Shown here: in pieces, positions 17,220 through 25,976 of the stretch
Layout: every line of letters begins with the position of its first letter
Numbering within the stretch: position 1 is the stretch's first letter
Program-made: the position numbers and the translations under genes
The notes under the pieces: generated by a model
Seen by the model: the letters and a program-made list of their open reading frames with translations, nothing else
Database searches by the model: none
Told to the model about the DNA's origin: nothing
DNA from: a virus
Lineage: Duplodnaviria; Caudoviricetes
IMG/VR virus record: IMGVR_UViG_3300037420_000828
Location: 4,400 to 68,399 of that record
Length of the DNA stretch: 64,000 nt
Direction: 5' to 3' (one strand)

Positions 17220-18905
17220 TCAGCCCACCTTCTTCGTGAGCCAGGGATTGCGGCCGACGGGCGAGCCGATCGGCCGGGCAATCTGGGCCTGCTTGCCGAG
17301 CATGGACATCAGCCGGTCGTGCGCGATCACCGAGGCGGCCACGCGGTCGGGCTGGTGGCGGCCGACGGTCCAGTTGACCGCCTGATCCTCCATCGCCGCC
17401 AGCTCGTGCCCCAGCACCACGCACGTCCCCACCTCCACGGCCTGGCGGAGGAGACCGGACCGGGCCACCGCATCGCCGGTCCCGCGCCAGCCTTGGACCC
17501 GGTTGAACAGGGCGTGGAGCTGGGCGAGCAGCCGCCGCTCCTCTTCCGTGCTGTCCCGCTTGCGCGCCAGCTCCTGCATCCGCCTGCTGATCTCGGTCTT
17601 GACCACGTTGATGTAGGTGGTCCCGGCGGTGTAGGTCTCGATGAAGATGTAGCTGGCGTCGGTCTCCAGCGCCAGGTCCACCGCCGCCCGGCCCCAGGCA
17701 TCGGAGGTCATCTGGCCGGAGCGGTCGTGGGTGAGAGCCACCTGCGGGTGGATCGGCGGCGGAGCGTCCTCCGGAGACATCAGCGCCGTCACAGTCTGCG
17801 TGACGCCGTTCGGCGGGTAGAGCAGCGCCGCGCCGATCACGCCAGCCTCGTCTCCCTCGCCGGATTCCGCCGGGTCGACCGTGACGATCCGGACCCTGGT
17901 CCGTTCCGGCATCTCCGCCAGCCGGTGCGCGTCGAACCACGCCTGGGAGAACAGGCCGCCCTCCGGCGGGGTGGGCGAGCCCTGGTACAGGGCGTTCCAG
18001 ACGCGCTTACCCACGCTGCGCTCGATGGCCCGGAAGTCCTCGGCGGTACGGCCCCGGGCGGACTCCAGCGCCACGCCCGGCGGCCGATCGAGGGCGTCAG
18101 GGATGGCGGGGTGGCTGATGGCGGGGATGTTGATGTAGTGCCACTCGCGCAGCTCCCGCTCCAGCGCCTTGTCGTGGGTGAGCAGCTGGCCGCAGAGGTC
18201 TTCGGGGTGCCAGCGGGTCTGGATGATGATGATGCTCGCGCCGGGGGCGAGGCGTGTGGTGGCGACGGAGTGATACCACTCGATGATCTTGGTGCGCATG
18301 GCGTGGGAGTCGGCCTCCTGCATGTTCTTGAACGGGTCGTCCACGATCAGCAGGTCCGCGCGCTTGCCGGTGATGGTGGCGTCGCGTCCGGCCGCTACCA
18401 GTCCTCCGTCGCCCTCGGCGATGCGCCAGTTGCTGGCGGTGGCCAGCTGCGGGTGCAGGCGGATGCCCAGCCGGTCCGGGAGCGGCTGGCCTGTCAGAGA
18501 GTCAACCACCCCCGATCCGAACTGCTGGATCAGCGCGCGGGCCGCGCGAGAGTGCTCCTCGGCCAGCCCGTCGGCGTAGGTCAGCAGCATCACCCGCCAG
18601 TTGGGGTGGAGCTGGAGCGCGCGAATCGGCGTGGTCACCGCGCACAGCATCGACTTGAATTCCTGCGGCGGCGCGGAGATCATCAGCCGCTTACGCCGAG
18701 ACCGCAGCACCTGCTCGATCTTGCGGCTGACCAGCTCCACCGCCGGGGTGATGACGTAGTCCTCGTTGCACGCCGCCATCAGCTCCGCCGGATGGGCGTA
18801 ACTGCTGACGATCCGCTGGCGGTTGGCGAGGGAGGCCAGCCGTTCGGCGGCGCGCTGGCGGCGAAACGGGCTCCACTCCGCCGCCGCCTCCAGGCCGATC
18901 GTCAT
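17220..18905 (-). CDS. terL: Terminase large subunit
   Basis: ISAPPQEFKS Walker A variant, GKRADLLIVDDP Walker B, QTRWHPEDL coupling motif, C-terminal nuclease (VDPA...DRV). Confidence 0.92.
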   Translation of the reverse strand: MTIGLEAAAEWSPFRRQRAAERLASLANRQRIVSSYAHPAELMAACNEDYVITPAVELVSRKIEQVLRSRRKRLMISAPPQEFKSMLCAVTTPIRALQLHPNWRVMLLTYADGLAEEHSRAARALIQQFGSGVVDSLTGQPLPDRLGIRLHPQLATASNWRIAEGDGGLVAAGRDATITGKRADLLIVDDPFKNMQEADSHAMRTKIIEWYHSVATTRLAPGASIIIIQTRWHPEDLCGQLLTHDKALERELREWHYINIPAISHPAIPDALDRPPGVALESARGRTAEDFRAIERSVGKRVWNALYQGSPTPPEGGLFSQAWFDAHRLAEMPERTRVRIVTVDPAESGEGDEAGVIGAALLYPPNGVTQTVTALMSPEDAPPPIHPQVALTHDRSGQMTSDAWGRAAVDLALETDASYIFIETYTAGTTYINVVKTEISRRMQELARKRDSTEEERRLLAQLHALFNRVQGWRGTGDAVARSGLLRQAVEVGTCVVLGHELAAMEDQAVNWTVGRHQPDRVAASVIAHDRLMSMLGKQAQIARPIGSPVGRNPWLTKKVG

Positions 18906-18906
18906 C

Positions 18907-19680
18907 TCAGCTCCCGGTGACCGCGAGTTCCGCCAGCCGACCGGCCAGGGTCTGGGTGTAGCCGAGGCGGATGTAGTCGGTGGTGTGGCGGCCGTCCCAG
19001 AGGTAGCCCCGGGCGAACGCCAGCGCTCCGGCCCAGCCCGCCCACTTCCACGGTGCCCACCAGTCCTGGAGGCGGCCCTGGGCCACGGCATCGAGCATCT
19101 TCGCGCCCCAGAGCAGGGCGTCCTCGGGGGTCTTGATGCTGTACCAGCCCACCAGGTCCGCCACCGTGCGCAGCGGGTTGCCCGCCGGAAGGGAGGCGAT
19201 CGGGTCACCCCACGCCGACACCCAGAACGTCGGGAACCGCACGGGGGAGATGGGGCGCTGGCCCGCGATGCCGTAGCCCTCGGAGACCGAACCCTGCCCA
19301 GGAGGGATCAGGCCCATGCCCTGCGGCCGGTAGCCGTCGGCGATCAGCGCCGCCGCGACCACGTTGTAGACCTCGCCCATGTTCAGCTCGGCGACGTCCT
19401 TGGCGACGTCCCCGGCGATGCACGCGCCCTGGCTGTAGCCCGCGAGCACCAGCGGAGTGCCCGCCGGGTATTCGTTCATCGCCTCGTAGAGGGCCGCCGC
19501 GCCGAGCCGCTTGGACTCCTCGAAGCTGTCCTCCAGGCCGCCGAAGCTGGCCGGATAGGGCACGACCCGCGTATCGAACAGCGCCGGGTCCAGGTGGGAC
19601 AGGAAGTCCGCGCTGATCGGGTCCGGCGAGGTGGGAAAGCCCGTGCCCGCCAGCATCAGCACGGTGATCTTGGAGCTCAC
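18907..19680 (-). CDS. lysB: Lysin B (cutinase-like mycolylarabinogalactan esterase)
   Basis: YPASFGG and AGYSQGA serine-hydrolase elbow, ALIADG, GDPI...H. Confidence 0.85.
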   Translation of the reverse strand: MSSKITVLMLAGTGFPTSPDPISADFLSHLDPALFDTRVVPYPASFGGLEDSFEESKRLGAAALYEAMNEYPAGTPLVLAGYSQGACIAGDVAKDVAELNMGEVYNVVAAALIADGYRPQGMGLIPPGQGSVSEGYGIAGQRPISPVRFPTFWVSAWGDPIASLPAGNPLRTVADLVGWYSIKTPEDALLWGAKMLDAVAQGRLQDWWAPWKWAGWAGALAFARGYLWDGRHTTDYIRLGYTQTLAGRLAELAVTGS

Positions 19681-20234
19681 AGTTCGGTCCTCTCGTGGAT
19701 GAGTGTGGATATCTCGTAGGACAGGATGTCAGGGTGGCCCGAGACCACGGTGACGCCGGGCGGCGGGTCGGCGGCGAGGTTGCGGGCGGCGGTGGCCCGG
19801 CCCGCCACCCAGGACGGGTTCTGCTCCCGGCCCAGTGTCTGCGCCCGCTCGCTGCGCCACTGATCAACGTACGGGTGGTCCAGGTGGGCCAGCAGCACCG
19901 CGTAGCCCGCTGCCGCAGCGGTGGCGAGGAAGCGCCGGTTGCCCAGGCGTGCGCCCTCGCCGAAGACGAGGTCAGCCTCCCTCTGGGCCACTATCCACGG
20001 GATCGCTGCGGTGATCACCGACTGCCCCAAGGCGTCCGTGCCCGCGAAGTGGGTCCGGCAGCGTCCCATCTCCACCGCCTCCAACGACGAGGTCGCTGGG
20101 TGCAGGAGGAAGTCCCTCGCCAGGGGCTGGGTCGGTCCCGGAACCCGAGTCCACTGGCGGGTCAGCTGGCGCATCAGGGTCGACTTCCCCGCCCCCGGTG
20201 CTCCCACCAGGTAGATCAGTTGTCGTCGGGTCAC
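19677..20234 (-). CDS. P-loop nucleotide/DNA kinase (hypermodification-associated type)
   Basis: Walker A GAPGAGKST, FAGTDAL and VFGEGARL motifs; last gene of the modification operon. Confidence 0.8.
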   Translation of the reverse strand: MTRRQLIYLVGAPGAGKSTLMRQLTRQWTRVPGPTQPLARDFLLHPATSSLEAVEMGRCRTHFAGTDALGQSVITAAIPWIVAQREADLVFGEGARLGNRRFLATAAAAGYAVLLAHLDHPYVDQWRSERAQTLGREQNPSWVAGRATAARNLAADPPPGVTVVSGHPDILSYEISTLIHERTEL

Positions 20235-20236
20235 TC

Positions 20237-21325
20237 TCAGCTCCCACTGTGGGCCTCCGCGATGTGCTGGCGAATGCTGGCGTTGGACACGGCGTCCACC
20301 ACCAGATGTACCCGGTTGACGCCGGAGGGGTTGGTGACGGCGTGCGGCTTGCGCGCGTCCAGGTAGTACATCCGCCAGGGCCGCAGGTGGGTCTCCCGGC
20401 GGGAGCCGTCCAGGTCCCAGGTGATGAGCTTGATGGACGGATCGGTGATGAGGGGGATGTGGAACCGCACAATCTGACCGTCGCGGGTGCCTCCGGCGCG
20501 GTCGGTGATGTCGGTGTGGCGGCCGAGCTTGCCTCCGGCGTTCATCTTGAGCAGCCGCACCCGCTCGGTCTCCCACCGCCACGGCATCAGCCGCACCCAG
20601 TCGGTGAGGGCGGGCAGCTCCCGCGTGAGCACGGTCCAGTCGCAGACGTTCGCCAGGGCAGCGCGGTTGGCCAGTTTCCAGGACTTCGGCATCTCGGCGG
20701 GCTTCACGCCCCGGCCGGGCTCGGCGGGCCAGAAGCCCTTGAGGCAGACCGCGCTCCAGCTGCCGTCGGAGTAGTAGGGGAAATCGTCATCCCAGCCTCG
20801 GACGATGTCCAGCTCGCCCAGGATGCGCTCCCGGCTCTGACGGGGGATGACCTCGCCGAAGTCGGTGACCGTGGCCCGGTCCCACGGTGCGTAGGCGGCC
20901 GGAGGGCGCGCCCCGATCGGCCCCCAGGTGTTGATCACCTCGGCGGCGGCGGTGACGCGACTGGCCCAGATGGCGCGGCCCTCACCGGCCAGCGCCAGAC
21001 TCAGCGGCCGGTCCTCCGCGTACGCCATCACGAAGTCATAGGGCGCGGTGTTGGGCAGCAGGTGCTCGCTGTGGGCGAGGTGGGTGGCGACGTAGGCCCC
21101 CTTGGGCAGGGTGAAGGTGCCGCCGGTGAAATCCGTGCGCACCGAGTCCCGCGTCAGCCGCCGCCCGATGACGATGGCGTACTGGTCGCCGTAGCGGGTG
21201 TTCTCGGTGATCAGGCTCGGCCGCGCCTCCAGCTCGCTGCGCATCGGAGTGGCGAAGGCTCCGGCGTGGTAGGCCTTCGCGTACGCCTGGAGCAGCCGGG
21301 GCACGTCAGCTGTGGGGGCGGTCAA
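20237..21325 (-). CDS. Fusion of an unknown (possibly degenerate GNAT-like) N-terminal domain and an Asp/Asn beta-hydroxylase-like 2OG-Fe(II) oxygenase
   Basis: C-terminal LGRHTD...RFHIPL.T...KPHAVTN...RVHLVVD (HxD...H facial triad). Confidence 0.75.
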   Translation of the reverse strand: MTAPTADVPRLLQAYAKAYHAGAFATPMRSELEARPSLITENTRYGDQYAIVIGRRLTRDSVRTDFTGGTFTLPKGAYVATHLAHSEHLLPNTAPYDFVMAYAEDRPLSLALAGEGRAIWASRVTAAAEVINTWGPIGARPPAAYAPWDRATVTDFGEVIPRQSRERILGELDIVRGWDDDFPYYSDGSWSAVCLKGFWPAEPGRGVKPAEMPKSWKLANRAALANVCDWTVLTRELPALTDWVRLMPWRWETERVRLLKMNAGGKLGRHTDITDRAGGTRDGQIVRFHIPLITDPSIKLITWDLDGSRRETHLRPWRMYYLDARKPHAVTNPSGVNRVHLVVDAVSNASIRQHIAEAHSGS

Positions 21326-22208
21326 TGATTCTCCCGGTGGCGCGGTAGATGGGCATCTTCGTGTCGTCTATGCCCCCGAGGGGGATCTCATTCCAAGGAT
21401 GCGGGATGACGGTGTACCACGCAGCCTTCGCCAGCTCCCGGTCCTCGGGGTCCGGCAGCGTCCATATCTCCTCCCGCAGGGCGGCGAGGTGGCGGCCGGG
21501 GTAGTAGCGGCCTCGGCGCATCACCAGGAAGTCACAGATCACCGTCTCGAAATCCACCCACGGCAGGTCCACGCCCTCGCCGTAGAGGTAGTCGCGGGTG
21601 ATGTTGGCGGCATCGTCCAGCTGCGCGGGGGAGGGGTTGATCATCCGGAACAGGTCCTCCAGGCTCCGGCGCGGGCCGGAGGACTCCCAGAGCTGGCCGT
21701 CGGCAGCATCCACCGGCATCCCGGCCACCTTGCCCATGAACTCCGCCCATTCGAACGCGCTCTGGCGGCCGACGCCCCACACCGTGCGCATCTGCTCGGT
21801 GAGCCGGGCGAAGTTGCGGCCGGGGTGACGCTGCGCGCCGATCCGGCCGATGGCCTGGGTCATCCACTCCGCCTCCGTGCGCCCGGCCAGCGCCGAGACG
21901 TAGGAGGCGTGGCGCTGGAGCACCCGGCCGCCCCGGAGGTTGCGACGCTCCTGGGTGCAGTTGAATTCGGCAGCGCGGTGCCGGTTTTCGGCCGCGCCCC
22001 AGTGGTGCGGGGACGGCCACAGCCGCATCGAGGACCACGCCGAGTGCAGGTCGTCGTGGGTGTTGTAGAGCGTGGCCAGCCATATTTTCTGGCTGCGGGG
22101 CAGCTCCACCGCCGCGATCACCTCCGCCCACGGCTCGATATCGTGGGTGGCCTTCTCGATGCGGGCGAAGGTGACCAGGTCGTTGAGGATGCGGGTGTCG
22201 ACGTTCAT
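21306..22208 (-). CDS. aGPT-PPlase2 / amino acid:DNA transferase family protein
   Basis: TQERRNLR, WGVGRQSAFEWAE and FETVICDF...GRYYPG motifs; between the TET and kinase genes. Confidence 0.75.
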   Translation of the reverse strand: MNVDTRILNDLVTFARIEKATHDIEPWAEVIAAVELPRSQKIWLATLYNTHDDLHSAWSSMRLWPSPHHWGAAENRHRAAEFNCTQERRNLRGGRVLQRHASYVSALAGRTEAEWMTQAIGRIGAQRHPGRNFARLTEQMRTVWGVGRQSAFEWAEFMGKVAGMPVDAADGQLWESSGPRRSLEDLFRMINPSPAQLDDAANITRDYLYGEGVDLPWVDFETVICDFLVMRRGRYYPGRHLAALREEIWTLPDPEDRELAKAAWYTVIPHPWNEIPLGGIDDTKMPIYRATGRIIDRPHS

Positions 22209-23068
22209 GCCTTGCCCGGAATCTTCATGTCCCCGGCGGCCATCCGCCTCGCCATCTCCGCCTCCCGCTCGGTGCGCTTGAGCTGCGCCCGGCGGGTCTC
22301 CTCGGCGGCGGTGCGGCAGTCCTTCATCCCCCGCAGGGCGTAGTAGACGATGCTGATGCGGTAGCCGTCGTCGGAGCGCAGACGGGCCAGCGGGGTGACG
22401 CCGTGGACCCAGCGCTTGCCGGGGAAGAGGGCGACGGTGGAATCGGCGCAGGCCAGTGCGACCCCGAATTCCGGCAGATGCAGATATCCGCCCCGTACGC
22501 CTCGGCGCAGGACCGGCATCGCACTCCAGGTGGAGAAGTTGAATCCGTCACGGTGGTACGGAAGGGCGGCGGTGTCGTTGACGACGCCGGAGGTCCAGAG
22601 TTTCGCCTCACCTATCCTCCAATCCGGCAGCACGTCGGCGAGCGTGGCCTGGTCGCGGGTGATGATGTCCGGGTCGATCTCCTTGAGCATCGCGGAGAAC
22701 TGGTCCGCATAGGTGTCCAGCACCGCCTCCACCCCCGGCTGGTCCCGCGAGAGTGCCGTCAGTGAGCAGGATTCGCGCCGGGTGACCACCCGGGGCGGCG
22801 CATAGCCGAACGTGCGCGAGCGGGAGCGGTAGGTGTTGTTGCGCTGGACGCCTCCGGAGCAGTCGATGGCCAGGGCTGCCCGGCGGAGGCGTCCAGCTTC
22901 GGCCAGCGGCAGATACGCAGCCACCGGCTCGCCCTCGCAGCTCAGGATGGTCGGGGCGGTGATGAGCCGGGTGCTCTCCGCCAGTTCCGGGACCGTGGTG
23001 CCGACCAGCTGCGAAGCTTCGTCCGGCGTGAGCCGCCGGGGCACATCGAGACGGCTCACGCCTTCCAT
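22205..23068 (-). CDS. TET/JBP-family 2OG-Fe(II) DNA base dioxygenase
   Basis: LPYHRDGFN (HxD), SAM..LR.G..GG.L.LPE, VHGVTP (second His), GYRISIVYY (2OG-binding Arg). Confidence 0.85.
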   Translation of the reverse strand: MEGVSRLDVPRRLTPDEASQLVGTTVPELAESTRLITAPTILSCEGEPVAAYLPLAEAGRLRRAALAIDCSGGVQRNNTYRSRSRTFGYAPPRVVTRRESCSLTALSRDQPGVEAVLDTYADQFSAMLKEIDPDIITRDQATLADVLPDWRIGEAKLWTSGVVNDTAALPYHRDGFNFSTWSAMPVLRRGVRGGYLHLPEFGVALACADSTVALFPGKRWVHGVTPLARLRSDDGYRISIVYYALRGMKDCRTAAEETRRAQLKRTEREAEMARRMAAGDMKIPGKA

Positions 23069-23073
23069 CGGGT

Positions 23074-23823
23074 CTACTCCTGGGTCTCGGCGGGGGCCGG
23101 GGCCTCCGGCGCGGTCTCGCCACTCCAGGATTCCAGCAGCTTGATGACGGCGGCGGTGTTGGACTCCAGGTCGAACTCGTCGCGGAAGCGGGTGAAGACC
23201 TCCTGCATCCAGATGAACTGCGGGATCGGCACCGTCAGCACCACGAGCCGCGTGGAGGCGTCCACGTAGGAATTGGCCTGGGTGTCGATGTCGGTGGAGT
23301 TGATCAGGCCGTCCTCGCCGGTGCGGGGCGGCTTCGGGGCGTTGTCGTCGCCGAGGCCCGCCGGGTCCAGCGCGTCGGGCAGGGCTTCCTCCAGGCTGGC
23401 GAGCAGGTCGCTGAATTCGTCGGCGGTGAAGGCCGTGCCCTCCAGGTCCGGCAGCCCGCTGAGGATGTCAGCCAGGACCTCCTGGTCGTAGCCGAACCCG
23501 GACTGGGCGGTCTTGTTGTCGGCGAGGACGATCCGGGCCGCCTGATCGTCGTCCACGTCGATCACGTAGGCGTCGACAGTGCGCCAGGCCGGGTTGTCGG
23601 GCTCGGCCTCCACCAGGTTGCGGAACGCCTTGACGGTGTGGTTGCCCGCCAGGACCTCGTTCGGGCGGCCGGTGTGGGTGCCGAGGTTCACCACGACCGG
23701 CCGGTACTGCCCGTTGACCCGCAGGCTGGACTCGATCACGGAGGGATTGCCCAGGTTCGGGTTGCGGTGGTAGAGGGCGAGTTCGCCCGGAGCGAACGCG
23801 CGGAGCTTGGAATCAGTGGCCAT
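23074..23823 (-). CDS. ParB-like nuclease domain protein (first gene of the modification operon)
   Basis: YHRNPN, GQYRPVVVN, EVLAGNHT, RIVLADNK ParB N-terminal motifs. Confidence 0.85.
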   Translation of the reverse strand: MATDSKLRAFAPGELALYHRNPNLGNPSVIESSLRVNGQYRPVVVNLGTHTGRPNEVLAGNHTVKAFRNLVEAEPDNPAWRTVDAYVIDVDDDQAARIVLADNKTAQSGFGYDQEVLADILSGLPDLEGTAFTADEFSDLLASLEEALPDALDPAGLGDDNAPKPPRTGEDGLINSTDIDTQANSYVDASTRLVVLTVPIPQFIWMQEVFTRFRDEFDLESNTAAVIKLLESWSGETAPEAPAPAETQE

Positions 23824-23852
23824 GCCAGCACTATAGGCGTGACCCGTGCGAA
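23821..23852 (-). promoter_or_regulatory. Leaderless-type promoter of the modification operon with an operator half-site
   Basis: GCACGGGTCACGCC-TATAGT-GCTGGC-ATG; no SD. Confidence 0.55.
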
Positions 23853-23930
23853 TACAGACAAAGACGCCCTCGGCGGTCGGAGCCGAGGGCGTCGAACCGG
23901 GTGTCAGCCCGGTGGGGTGCGGTGTCGAGT

Positions 23931-24467
23931 CTAGCGCGGACGCTCCAGGTAGTTGCGCAGGCGGGCATTGCCGCCCTCGGGCGTGTGACCGTCCCAGGGC
24001 GGAGCCGTGGGCAGCGCCGGAGCGTCGAACAGGTCCCAGTCCGCCTCCGGGTAGTGCTGGGTGACCTGGGCACCGTTGGGCAGGTAGAGGGTGACGATGA
24101 ACCAGCGCTCGCCGGGCTCGGTCTTGCCGAAGCAGGGCTCGCCGTCGTGGTGCCGCCAGGACTTCGACAGCATCGGCACACCCGGCGGCATTCCGGCGGG
24201 CTGATCCAGGATGCCCACCAGCGCGGACATCATCTTCACCGCCAGCGCGTGGTAGAGCATCCGCTGGTCGTACAGCTCGGCCATCGTGTGGAAGCCGTCG
24301 GAGGGCTCGGCCGGGTGTGCCTGGTCCCGCAGCCACTGGTCGAGAGGCAACGACGGCACATAGGGCGTCCCCTCCGCTCCGTGGTGCTCGTGGTGGTTGA
24401 AGATGTAGGTCATGAGCGCCTCGGCGTCCACGACCTGACCACGCAGTTCCGGGTACAGATCGGACAT
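23931..24467 (-). CDS. Conserved phage protein with WDGH motif
   Basis: SDGFHT..ELY..R, KS.RH.DG..CFG, WFIV..LP..Q...HY...WDLF, APPWDGHT. Confidence 0.75.
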   Translation of the reverse strand: MSDLYPELRGQVVDAEALMTYIFNHHEHHGAEGTPYVPSLPLDQWLRDQAHPAEPSDGFHTMAELYDQRMLYHALAVKMMSALVGILDQPAGMPPGVPMLSKSWRHHDGEPCFGKTEPGERWFIVTLYLPNGAQVTQHYPEADWDLFDAPALPTAPPWDGHTPEGGNARLRNYLERPR

Positions 24468-24468
24468 G

Positions 24469-24666
24469 TCAGTCTCCGTTTCCGATCGGCAGCTGGAGGG
24501 CGCGCAGGTTGGCCCGCAGCCCCTCCCAGTCCACGTTGTCCAGCATCTCGCGCAGGCCGGTGGCGAAGGTGTCCATCGCCTGGCGGACTCCCTCTCCGGC
24601 GCGGCGCAGGGATTCCCGCTGCTCCGGGGTCAGGATCTCCGGCGGCGGCGGCGGCGCGGCGCTCAC
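24469..24666 (-). CDS. Small hypothetical protein
   Basis: GTGA coupling with the upstream gene. Confidence 0.5.
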   Translation of the reverse strand: MSAAPPPPPEILTPEQRESLRRAGEGVRQAMDTFATGLREMLDNVDWEGLRANLRALQLPIGNGD

Positions 24667-24995
24667 CGGTACTGCCTCGACACGAGCCACGCCACGAACC
24701 ACACCGGAGCCCACAGGCCGCAGGTCAGCAACGTGAGGGCGGCGTGGAGGACGTGGTTGCAGCGCCGGTAGCCGCCGCCGATCCGGATCTGGTTGACGAC
24801 GCTGGAGCTGGCGGCCGGGCCGGGCGAGGGCGGAGCCTGCCAGTAGGGCTGCGGCTCGTCGTTCCAATGCGGGTGGGGCTCGTCGCGCCAGGCGGGCATG
24901 GGGTGATCGGACGGGTAGACGCCGCCGTACCCGGGCCGCTGGGGCTCCTCCGGGACGGGGACCGCGCCGAAGCCCGTGGTGAACGGTTCGGACAT
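24663..24995 (-). CDS. Membrane protein (Pro-rich N-terminus, NHVLHAALTLLTCGLW motif)
   Basis: C-terminal TM hairpin; RBS AGGAG. Confidence 0.7.
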   Translation of the reverse strand: MSEPFTTGFGAVPVPEEPQRPGYGGVYPSDHPMPAWRDEPHPHWNDEPQPYWQAPPSPGPAASSSVVNQIRIGGGYRRCNHVLHAALTLLTCGLWAPVWFVAWLVSRQYR

Positions 24996-25226
24996 CTGGA
25001 TTGCTCCTGGGGTGGTGGTTGCGGTGATAGTTCGAAGGCCCCGGCATCCACGTCACGCACGTAGCGCCGCGATCATGCCAGGGCCTTCGGCACCTTGGGT
25101 CTGCTGCTCCTACCGTCAGGCGTGCTATTCCCCGGTAGGCGGCTCCACCCCTAGGCCAGATACTCAGGGTGGTCTAGACACGATCCCCGGGTGTGTGGGG
25201 AAAGCTGGCCGTCTGGAACGAGGACC

Positions 25227-25255
25227 ACCGTAGCACGGACCGCGTGCGTTGTCTA
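25227..25255 (-). promoter_or_regulatory. Promoter with palindromic operator
   Basis: TAGACA-AC-GCACG-CGGTC-CGTGC-TACGGT. Confidence 0.7.
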
Positions 25256-25259
25256 GCGG

Positions 25260-25352
25260 TCAGCCGATCAGGGCCTGGACGAAGGCGATGAAGCCAGCGG
25301 CGATGGCGCTCCAGGGCAGTTCGGCAGCGGCGGCGGACAGGGATGCGAGCAT
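25260..25352 (-). CDS. 30-aa hydrophobic microprotein
   Basis: RBS GAGGAG; MLASLSAAAAELPWSAIAAGFIAFVQALIG; absent from the ORF track. Confidence 0.5.
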   Translation of the reverse strand: MLASLSAAAAELPWSAIAAGFIAFVQALIG

Positions 25353-25491
25353 GGCACTCTCCTCAGAACGTGTGGGGCGGGACGAGGTGGAGCAGCCACT
25401 GAATCAGCAGGTACATCATCCACGGACTCAACATGGCTGCTCCATACGCGACGGCCGGTCAGTACCCCCGTGACGTTACACGGAGGCCGTG

Positions 25492-25746
25492 CTACCGGAT
25501 ACCGACCTCGTAGGGGTTGAACGGCGGCAGATCACGCCGGTACTCCGAGCCGCCGGGCAGAGTGTGGCCCGGACCCCAGCCGCGCCAATCCTGGTAGCCG
25601 GTCTCCACGGGCTCGCTCTCCCCGGTGCGCAGAGCGCGCTCGTGCCCGGCGGCGAAGGCCATCCGGATCGCGTGCTCGAACTGCCTCAGCACGTCCTCCT
25701 GGACGGCGTACAGGGTCTGGCGGAATTCCTCGGCGGGACTGCTCAC
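25492..25746 (-). CDS. Hypothetical protein
   Basis: GTGA coupling; RBS GAGGAGG. Confidence 0.6.
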   Translation of the reverse strand: MSSPAEEFRQTLYAVQEDVLRQFEHAIRMAFAAGHERALRTGESEPVETGYQDWRGWGPGHTLPGGSEYRRDLPPFNPYEVGIR

Positions 25747-25976
25747 TGGTCCTCCTCGAACCACAGGACGATCTCGTCGTCTGCGGCGTAGACCCGCAGC
25801 CAGTCGTCGTGAAGGTTGCCGATGACGTGGAACACGTCCCGGTACTTCGTCTCCGCCGCCGCCAGAGCCTTGTGCAGCTCGGCGACGGGCGTGCCCCAGC
25901 CGCCGCAGGTGGCCCCGGAGACGCGCCATTCGTGGCGGACGCGGGTGACGGCGGCGTAGGTGTAGTTGTCAGCCAT
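25743..25976 (-). CDS. Hypothetical protein
   Basis: 77-aa ORF overlapping its neighbours. Confidence 0.65.
   Translation of the reverse strand: MADNYTYAAVTRVRHEWRVSGATCGGWGTPVAELHKALAAAETKYRDVFHVIGNLHDDWLRVYAADDEIVLWFEEDQ

Noticed and set aside
17037-18920. 627-aa plus-strand ORF, and the ORF-track N-terminal extension of terL to 19208
   Set aside because: Shadow of terminase; the extension overlaps lysB, so the start at 18905 was preferred
23074-23823. ParAB plasmid-prophage partition system
   Set aside because: No ParA ATPase found; this ParB heads the DNA-modification operon, a known association
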